DNA from: an uncultured delta proteobacterium
Lineage (GTDB): Bacteria > Desulfobacterota > Binatia > UBA9968
Assembly: GCA_963816145.1 (NCBI GenBank)
Contig: CAWFJP010000011.1
Coordinates: forward strand, 352,001-416,000
Direction of reading: 5' to 3'
DNA length: 64,000 nt
Positions 51,536 through 64,000 of the stretch are shown piece after piece; within the stretch, counting starts at the first letter, position 1; each line of letters starts with the position of its first letter. A program made the translations under genes and the position numbers. Below the pieces are notes generated by a model that searched no databases, had not been told where the DNA came from, and saw only the letters and a list, made by a program, of their open reading frames with translations.

Positions 51536-51852
51536 TTACTGTGAAGGTGTTTTCTCCACGAAGTGCCCATGAGCTACGCTCGTCAACAGAGTATGCAATT
51601 GCAGGGAACCCCCTTCACATGATTGCTCCCCTGACTCGTCATGCCGGCGAAGGCCGGCATCCAAGGAGAGGACGGGGATGGATACCCGGCTTTCGCCGGT
51701 ATGACGGAGGCCTCGCGCCAATTCGTTGTCCAGCTCGTACCTGCATACGTATTTTCGGAGGAGGACACGAAGAGCACGAAGTTGGGAGTCCTAATTTTCT
51801 CGAACCTTCGTGGGCTTCGTGGTCCTCAAAACCAAGCGAACGTGACACATTA
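51536..51852. repeat. Composite repeat: CACGAAG-arm element interrupted by an insert carrying a REP/dRS3-like pair
   Basis: Both ends align by eye with 33386-33510; inner pair GTCATGCCGGCGAAGGCCGGCATCCA...TGGATACCCGGCTTTCGCCGGTATGAC. Confidence 0.7.
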
Positions 51853-51913
51853 GCCAGACAAACCTTGAAGGATATTCTAGCGAGTACCGAGCGCAAATAA
51901 CCGGTTGCGATCA

Positions 51914-57598
<5,685 letters not shown>

Positions 57599-57599
57599 A

Positions 57600-57992
57600 G
57601 TGGCAGCGCGAATCTTCACCATGCTCGCTCACGGTCTGCGCTTGCGCTGCCCGCGTTGCGGCACCGGCCGGCTGTACGGCAAGCCATTCCGGATGCACGA
57701 CCGCTGCGCTCACTGCACGCTAAAATTCGAACGCGAACAGGGCTATTTCATCGGCGCCATCTATATCAACTACGCCGCCACCATCGCCATCGCGGTTCCC
57801 GGCTTCTTTCTCCTCGACGCCTTCACTCATATCACCATCAACCAACAACTCGCGCTCTGGATTCCTTTTGCCGTGGTCTTCCCGCTACTGTTCTTCCATC
57901 ACTCCAGAAGCTTGTGGTTGATGTTCGATCACTTCTTCAATCCGGAAAAGCAGCTCTTCAGCGTGCCGCCGAAGAAAAAAAACGAAGAGTGA
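57600..57992 (+). CDS. DUF983-like membrane protein with zinc ribbon
   Basis: RCPRCGTGRLY...RCAHC followed by two TM segments. Confidence 0.75.
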   Translation: MAARIFTMLAHGLRLRCPRCGTGRLYGKPFRMHDRCAHCTLKFEREQGYFIGAIYINYAATIAIAVPGFFLLDAFTHITINQQLALWIPFAVVFPLLFFHHSRSLWLMFDHFFNPEKQLFSVPPKKKNEE

Positions 57993-57997
57993 TTATC

Positions 57998-58222
57998 TCA
58001 GCGGTCTCGAGGGTATTTTCCATTCGCGCACCACTGCAGCAACCCGGGCGACGCTTCCACCCGGTTCGGCGTGGACACGGAACAAAACAACCCGGTCGTA
58101 GGCCGAGATAACAACGCCAAATCGCCGAGGCAGTTTAGTGTTTTTGGAGCATCGCCGCCCAGGCATTCACGCAAGCGGACGGGATATTCAGCGTCGGTGG
58201 ATCTGAGAATCGATGTATTCAT
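57998..58222 (-). pseudogene. Truncated DprA/SMF-like gene fragment
   Basis: EYPVRLRECLGGDAPKTLNCLGDLALL...GLFCS resembles a DprA-like N-terminus; stops after ~74 aa. Confidence 0.55.
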
Positions 58223-58264
58223 CCATGAGTGCTTAAGCGGGAATAGATGGCTCAAGAAAACTAA

Positions 58265-58498
58265 CTATGGGTTGGCGGCGAGATCACGCACATGAGCGAT
58301 TTCTTTTGGCTTGCTGGGACGAACCTGTTTCGCTGTAAGGGTTACGATGGCAATAGTTTCCCCGTCCAAGGTCGTGAACTCGACCTCGTAACCTTTGCCG
58401 CTTTCATGGACCAGCACAACGGTGCCGATATCGCCTCGTGCCAATCCCTGTTCCGGCAAATCGCATGTTAGAATCACGTCTTCGAGTTCCTGAATCAT
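58265..58498 (-). CDS. DUF4926 family protein (putative immunity/antitoxin)
   Basis: MIQELEDVILTCDLPEQGLARGDIGTVV...YEVEF pattern; ATGA overlap with the upstream gene. Confidence 0.8.
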   Translation of the reverse strand: MIQELEDVILTCDLPEQGLARGDIGTVVLVHESGKGYEVEFTTLDGETIAIVTLTAKQVRPSKPKEIAHVRDLAANP

Positions 58499-58842
58499 AA
58501 ACGCCTCCTTCTCAAAGGATGAGCCGTGACGAATCTCGGTATGTCTCCACCCGTATTGATATACCAGGCAGCACGGACATTTAACCATCTTCCATCTGGA
58601 CCTTTCAACAGCCCGTCAATGATGTACCTCGCTCCAAATATCGTCTTTTCTTCCACTGCAACCTCATTGTCTGACGCGTGTTGCTTCAGAGCCAGAGCAA
58701 GCGCCTCCCACCGATCGAGGTCAAACCCAAACTGCATGAAGAACGAGGCTTTGCTTTTGCCGGCGCGGTGTGTGGTGGAAAGGAAATACCTGGTGATCTT
58801 GCTTTCGGGGATTTCCGCATTTTCGACGTTCGGCAGTCTCAT
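58495..58842 (-). CDS. DUF6883 family protein (putative toxin/nuclease-like)
   Basis: LPNVENAEIPESKITRYFLS.TH..GKSKA.FF..FGF, W, PRFVTA pattern. Confidence 0.75.
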   Translation of the reverse strand: MRLPNVENAEIPESKITRYFLSTTHRAGKSKASFFMQFGFDLDRWEALALALKQHASDNEVAVEEKTIFGARYIIDGLLKGPDGRWLNVRAAWYINTGGDIPRFVTAHPLRRRRL

Positions 58843-58974
58843 TGTACCGTCTTACGGATTTTGCTCACGTGGATCAAACGGAATTCCAAGACCCTTCTAC
58901 GACCGATTGCCATACCGCGAAATCGACGACAGATTAGCGATCGCGGTAATGTGGTGCAGTTCTGTCATGACGGT

Positions 58975-59121
58975 TCATTCGTCGTTAGCTTCCGCGTCTC
59001 GGCCCATCGGGTACTTGATGTCGTAGTTGATGCCTGCCCTGAGCACGGTCGAAGGGATGAAGTCCAACTCCTCACCCGTAAACCCGTAATCCGCCGCCAG
59101 CACTCGGTCTATTTCCTCGAT
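58975..59121 (-). pseudogene. C-terminal remnant of an Eco57I-like/type IIG restriction-modification gene
   Basis: Manual translation IEEIDRVLAADYGFTGEELDFI[PSTVLRAG]INYDIKYPMGRD*, resembling the tail IDEIDxxLAxHYGFTxEELDFIINYDIKYRMG recalled from such proteins. Confidence 0.6.
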
Positions 59122-59192
59122 GCCCGAGAGAGCCACACCGGAGACTGATCACCGCAGACCTGGCAGGCAAAAATGATTATGGCTTTAGCCAT
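59109..59192 (-). pseudogene. Degenerate radA 5' fragment
   Basis: MAKAIIIFACQVCGDQSPVWLSR* resembles the RadA/Sms N-terminal zinc-finger start (MAK...FxCxxCG..SPxW). Confidence 0.5.
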
Positions 59193-59203
59193 GGGCGACC
59201 GTT

Positions 59204-59524
59204 TCAATTTCTTTTCAGAGGCACGACCTTGGAAGCTGCGCTCTCACCATGCCCGTGCGCATCAGCCCGGCGCAGCAGGCCCGGCGCAACGTTCCAGTGT
59301 TGACCGGACTCCGTGATGACCGTAACCGTTTTCCGATTGTATCGGGTTACGATCCCGAACAAAGCTGGGTGACCGTCCGGATGAAACGTCACCCGTTCGC
59401 CGATCTTGAAGTCGAGCATCTGTGAATGCGCCCGCATCTGATTCAAAAAGCGCAGGCGCTCGACGATTCTGTGGTTCAGGTCGACCAGTTCCGCTTCGCT
59501 GAGTTTGTCGATGTCGATTTGCAT
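59204..59524 (-). CDS. Hypothetical protein with SH3-like C-terminal part
   Basis: 106 aa ORF co-oriented with the island; FKIGERVTF...GIVTRYNRKTVTV...WNVAP pattern. Confidence 0.7.
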   Translation of the reverse strand: MQIDIDKLSEAELVDLNHRIVERLRFLNQMRAHSQMLDFKIGERVTFHPDGHPALFGIVTRYNRKTVTVITESGQHWNVAPGLLRRADAHGHGESAASKVVPLKRN

Positions 59525-59605
59525 GACAATTTCGCGCCTTTCTGGTCCATGGTCTATTACGGACCAGGGATCTTATTCAACTCTTATCGACGCTTAGAAA
59601 AAAAC

Positions 59606-59980
59606 TCAGAATTCATATCTCATACCGATCCAGTAACGCCAATCGGCAATGCCGTCTTTGGTTTTGCGATCTACGGTCAATGGCACCAACTGGCTTAGCG
59701 GCACCGCAAGCTTTGCGCCACGCCAACGTATCCTTACGAACATCTCGGATGCGCACTCCTCCTCCGGCGCCATTCCTACGACGTCAACCTCTTCGCCGAC
59801 GCGGAGCGGCGATACCCCTCGTTTGGATTTACAGCGCGCATTGAATGGAAATTTCAATTGTTCTTCAAGATAAGAATACCATCCCATCGACCGCTCTGCC
59901 GCGTTGTCCGCGTCAACAACGATTTCCATTTCAATTCGGCGCTCGCGTGCTTTGTTTTCCTTTAAGCGAGATCGTCGCAT
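59606..59980 (-). CDS. CcbP-like 'calcium-binding' family protein
   Basis: EIVVDA...GWYSYLEEQLKFPF.A, LAVPLSQL, IADWRYW motifs. Confidence 0.7.
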   Translation of the reverse strand: MRRSRLKENKARERRIEMEIVVDADNAAERSMGWYSYLEEQLKFPFNARCKSKRGVSPLRVGEEVDVVGMAPEEECASEMFVRIRWRGAKLAVPLSQLVPLTVDRKTKDGIADWRYWIGMRYEF

Positions 59981-60087
59981 TGTATCAGGGCATGGTTCCC
60001 ATTTTACTTTTCCACCGAGTGTTGCGATTTCCGCACGGTCTTTTTGCGGTTCCGAGAGCTCCGGTGAAAGTCCTTAAACCGCGAAGT

Positions 60088-60804
60088 TTATCTCATTCGA
60101 TCATGACACCAATAAATGTCTCGCGACTTTGACCTCAATTCCTCCGCCCGCGTCCGCCAATCAGGCAAAGACCGATCTAGTAGCCGCCAGAATTCAGTCC
60201 CATGGTGCGGTTCACGAAGATGAGCCAACTCGTGAACGATTACGTAGTCGATAACGCGGGCGGGCAATTGCAATAGCGGCCAATTGAAATACAGCGCGCC
60301 GTTTTTACCGCAGGAGCCCCAACGATAGCCAAGGGCGCGGACGCTGACACGCGATGGGGACGCGGGAATTTTCCGGCTCAGCAACTCTACCCGCCGGGAG
60401 AGCCATGCTCCACCGCTGCGAACGTACCACTCCCTGAAATGCTTCGTCGCTTGTGCGCGCGCGCTTACGCGAAGCAAAAAATATCTGCCGTCAAACTCTA
60501 GATTTGTTGATGCGTCGCGCAGAAGTTTCAACCGGTAGTTTCTCCCCAGGAAAGTGAAATTTTCTCCGCTAACAAATGCGGGTTTCCTTAGTTGCGGCGC
60601 TGACTCGGCTTTGCTTAACAGTTTTCGGTGAACCCACAGGAGTTTCGCTTGCGTCCAACGCGCTAACTCGTCCCGGTCGCTCGACTCCGGCGCGTGAATC
60701 ACCAGCTCGCCGCCGCGGTCAACCGTCAGCCCTAACGTGGCTCGCCTTGGACTTCGCCTGACCTCGAAAACAAGATTGCTGAGTTCTAAAGTTTCCATTG
60801 TCAC
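60088..60804 (-). CDS. M48/YgjP (DUF45) family metal-dependent hydrolase
   Basis: RWGSC, YVIVHELAHL, HGTEFW motifs; overlaps the hsdR stop. Confidence 0.9.
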   Translation of the reverse strand: MTMETLELSNLVFEVRRSPRRATLGLTVDRGGELVIHAPESSDRDELARWTQAKLLWVHRKLLSKAESAPQLRKPAFVSGENFTFLGRNYRLKLLRDASTNLEFDGRYFLLRVSARAQATKHFREWYVRSGGAWLSRRVELLSRKIPASPSRVSVRALGYRWGSCGKNGALYFNWPLLQLPARVIDYVIVHELAHLREPHHGTEFWRLLDRSLPDWRTRAEELRSKSRDIYWCHDRMR

Positions 60805-63800
60805 CGTGTCAGGTTTTCGTGATTCTCTTTTGCCAGCGCGACAAGGCGTTGCGCCAAATCGCGCTCGCCGCCCGGTCGACAGATTCCGGCTCTATCGATA
60901 TCTCGCACTAGCGTTCGCGTAAGCAATTCCCGCATGGACGGGTTCTTCCAAAAGCCGACCTTACGGACCTCCTGCCGGATGCGCTCGACCATCTCGAGGG
61001 TCGCGGACAGTGCCGCCGACCGCTGCGACGCAGTTAATTCACGATCTTTGCTGCATTCTTCCAAAACCAACCGAACGAATGGCACCTGGATATTAGGGTC
61101 GAGGCCCGGAAAATCATTCTGATCGCCACGCTTCAACTCCTCGATGAAGCGACGCAGCTCGCGCTCCAACGCATCCCAATCGTCTTTGAACCGCCGGAGG
61201 ATCTCCTCCAATTTTTCGCTCATCTTCCGAGCGTAGACCGGATTCTGGTTCGAAAAAGTGACGATATGATAGCGGGCGGCATGCTGCATTTGCGTGGCGC
61301 GCGCTCGACTACTGGTTTGAGCCTGGAGCACACGCTCAAACTCCGCGTCCGTAATCGCGGTCGGGGGTATTTTGGGGTCAACCCCATGGGCGGAGATATG
61401 GGCATTGATAAGCGCCTTGACCTTTTCCGCGACTCCTAAAAGATTCAATGCGGGATCGCGGTATAGATTGGCCGCCACTTTATTAATGAAGCCGAGCAGC
61501 TTGGCATCCCGAAACACGTCACCGGGAACCTCTGGCCTATGTTCGAGAATATTGAGAGTGTCGTAAAAACTACGCAGCTTGTTGATGAACTCTGCCCTAG
61601 TCTTTAGGTCCGCGAGCAGGTCCACACATTCAGTAACCTGTTCCTGTAGGTCTTTGATGCCCCGGTCGGTAAATACCGCCACCGCACGGTCACGCCGATC
61701 CAGCAATTTGGGCAGTTCTTCATGGATATCGATCAGCGCGCCCTCGGTATCTTCCCCGTCGTAGTCCTCCAAAGCGTCCTTAAGATGTCGCGCCACTCCG
61801 ATATAATCTACGACATAGCCGCATTTCTTTGCGCCGTAGGTGCGGTTGACCCGCGCGATTGCCTGCAACAGGTCATGCGCGACGATTTTGCGATCGAGAT
61901 AGAGTACCTGCTCGACCGGAGCGTCGAAACCCGTGAGCAACATGTTGTTGACGATCAAAATCGACAGCGGATCGGTCTTTTCGGTTTTCTCGATGGCAAA
62001 TTTTCGCTTGAACCGCTTGATGCGCTCTTCCTGCTTAGTTTTATCGGACCAATCCCTCCAGGACTCGGGATCGTTATGGTCGCCGGAGAAAACCACTCCG
62101 ATCTCTAGAGCGCGAATTTTCGCTAGCAAAGGATAGGTACGAACAAGAAAACGACTGTTTTCATCAAGCTTCTCGATTTCCTCATCTGATAGTGCCAGGT
62201 TCGCAGCCGGCACCGCCTCCAGCTCGCGTACTAATTCTAACCGCGCCTGCTCCAACTTTTCGCCGTAGGTAAACGCGGCGTCACGACTGGTCGCTACGAC
62301 TTGCGCTTTGAAGCCTTCAGGAAAGACTACGCCGACGTAGTGGCGGAGCATGTCGCGTGCCTTCTGCTCGATGAGCATCGGCGCTTCCAATACATCGCCC
62401 TCGGTCGCATATTTAGCCTTGATCACGGCCAACTCGTCGGCCGTATAGTCGCGAAACATGTCCACGAAAAGTTCGTCGAGCCCTGGAGCGTCCTTGACGA
62501 AGCCGTCCGCGGTGCGTCCTTCGTACAAAATCGGCACGGTCGCGCCGTCAAGCTCAGCCTCCTGGAGGATGTACTTGTCGATGAATTCGCCGAAGATCTC
62601 TCGGGTCTCCGTCTTCTCTTTGCTGAGAATCGGCGTCCCGGTAAACCCAATAATTGCCGCATTGGGCAACGCCTTGCGCAGATTTCGGTGCAGCGCCCGT
62701 GTGTGTGATCGGTGCGCCTCATCCACCAGCACAAGAATCTTCTCGGATTCATTGATTACTGGGAATTCCTCAAAGTGGATGTTCTCCTCGAATGTGACTT
62801 CCTTCTCCACCACCGGCTGATGTGAACCTGGTTTTCTCTCTTGCCGGACAATCGTCATCGCCACTCGGTCGCGAGTGCTTCGTCTTTCAACCTCCTGATA
62901 TTTTTGCAGCATCGCGAAGACGATATCCGGAGTCGTTTCTTTCAAGATGCGCTGGGTGCGAGCGGTCGGCGACTCGCGCCGCATGATGTCGTAATCCGTC
63001 GGTCGGACCGCCTCGCCGGATAGCTGCGCTGTCTCGCGCAGCTGTCTTTCCAAATCGGTGCGATCGGTAACGGCGACCACTTTGAACTGATTGAGACGCG
63101 GCGTCATGCGCATCTTGCGCACTAAGAAGACCATGCTGAGGCTCTTTCCGGAGCCCTGGGTGTGCCAGATGATACCGCCTCGCTCGTCGCGCGGAGCGCC
63201 CTGATTGCGCGTGCGGCCTTCCTGAAGACGGTTAACGGCTTTGTGGATCGCCCGAAACTGTTGGTAGCGCGCCACGACCTTGCGGGTCTTGCCATCCACT
63301 TGCTGAAAAACCGTGAAGTTACGAATGAGATCCAGCAGATGAGCGGGCCGCAACATTCCCGCGACTAATATCTGCTGACTGCGTAAATTAACCGCGGCCG
63401 CACGCATTTCCGCAGGCCGTTGCTCTGATGTTCGAAAGAAAAGGGGTACGCCAGATCGCTCCGACTGTTCAGGTCCAAGAACCGTCACTTCCTTTTCGGC
63501 TTCTGCCTGATCGGCCGACGCGCTGATCAAACCTAACTCCTCGGCCACCGTGCTCATGGGCACGGGACTGGTGTCGGCCCATTCGAGATACGCCTCCGGT
63601 GGAGCACCGACGGTGGCGGCTCGCGCCTCAAAAAAGTTGCTGGCAATCAGAAGCTGGTTGGTATGAAAGAGCCGCTCGACGCCTTCGTTTTCGCTGTAGA
63701 GCGTCGGGAATAACTCGCGTCGTTGATTCGAATAGCGCAGGAGCTGGTTGATCGCTTCCTGGAGCGGATTTTGAATACCCGGACTCTTGAACTCGGCGAC

Positions 63801-64000
63801 GACCAACGGGATGCCGTTCACGAACAGCACCGCGTCCGCAATGATGTGTCCACGCCCACTGGTCAACTCAACCTTGAATTGATTGATGACGAGAAAGTCG
63901 TTGTTCGCCCAGTTTTCGAAGTCGATGAACTTGACCGGCTGCGGTCGTCCCTGGTCCCAATCCGGCAAGCCATCGGCAACGGTTCCTTTGAGCAATAGCT
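60801..64000 (-). CDS. hsdR: Type I restriction enzyme subunit R (5' end beyond the window)
   Basis: DAVLFVNGIPLVVAEFK, QLLRY, WHTQGSGKS, LVDEAHRS, GFTGTP, LLTGFDAP, QAIARVNR motifs. Confidence 0.95.
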   Translation of the reverse strand, partial: LLLKGTVADGLPDWDQGRPQPVKFIDFENWANNDFLVINQFKVELTSGRGHIIADAVLFVNGIPLVVAEFKSPGIQNPLQEAINQLLRYSNQRRELFPTLYSENEGVERLFHTNQLLIASNFFEARAATVGAPPEAYLEWADTSPVPMSTVAEELGLISASADQAEAEKEVTVLGPEQSERSGVPLFFRTSEQRPAEMRAAAVNLRSQQILVAGMLRPAHLLDLIRNFTVFQQVDGKTRKVVARYQQFRAIHKAVNRLQEGRTRNQGAPRDERGGIIWHTQGSGKSLSMVFLVRKMRMTPRLNQFKVVAVTDRTDLERQLRETAQLSGEAVRPTDYDIMRRESPTARTQRILKETTPDIVFAMLQKYQEVERRSTRDRVAMTIVRQERKPGSHQPVVEKEVTFEENIHFEEFPVINESEKILVLVDEAHRSHTRALHRNLRKALPNAAIIGFTGTPILSKEKTETREIFGEFIDKYILQEAELDGATVPILYEGRTADGFVKDAPGLDELFVDMFRDYTADELAVIKAKYATEGDVLEAPMLIEQKARDMLRHYVGVVFPEGFKAQVVATSRDAAFTYGEKLEQARLELVRELEAVPAANLALSDEEIEKLDENSRFLVRTYPLLAKIRALEIGVVFSGDHNDPESWRDWSDKTKQEERIKRFKRKFAIEKTEKTDPLSILIVNNMLLTGFDAPVEQVLYLDRKIVAHDLLQAIARVNRTYGAKKCGYVVDYIGVARHLKDALEDYDGEDTEGALIDIHEELPKLLDRRDRAVAVFTDRGIKDLQEQVTECVDLLADLKTRAEFINKLRSFYDTLNILEHRPEVPGDVFRDAKLLGFINKVAANLYRDPALNLLGVAEKVKALINAHISAHGVDPKIPPTAITDAEFERVLQAQTSSRARATQMQHAARYHIVTFSNQNPVYARKMSEKLEEILRRFKDDWDALERELRRFIEELKRGDQNDFPGLDPNIQVPFVRLVLEECSKDRELTASQRSAALSATLEMVERIRQEVRKVGFWKNPSMRELLTRTLVRDIDRAGICRPGGERDLAQRLVALAKENHENLTR

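Overview
GC-rich bacterial chromosomal segment. Gene content (many NMT1/THI5-like binding proteins, amidohydrolase, double-length UvrA) suggests a deltaproteobacterium-like lineage such as Ca. Binatia; this is inference only. In order: mreBCD-mrdA-rodA elongasome operon, PpiD-like chaperone, lipB-lipA, amidase plus TRAP transporter, glcD-glcF-glcE, a LysM lytic transglycosylase with a sigma-54-type promoter, and an accessory patch of orphan substrate-binding proteins with a CADD/heme-oxygenase-like diiron enzyme. The centrepiece (35.4-47.4 kb) is a ~10.1 kb cytoplasmic sensor kinase gene with 18 tandem GAF domains, followed by a single-domain response regulator and a REC-class III nucleotide cyclase with non-canonical specificity residues. 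Then come a transglycosylase/PBP, queE, a double-length uvrA, and the edge of a defence island (type I HsdR, M48/YgjP, DUF6883-DUF4926 pair, several gene fragments). Intergenic spaces hold many 7- and 9-bp-periodic inverted repeats and REP-like elements. Several small frameshifts in otherwise intact genes look like sequencing or assembly errors. All family calls come from motif recognition by eye, not database searches.
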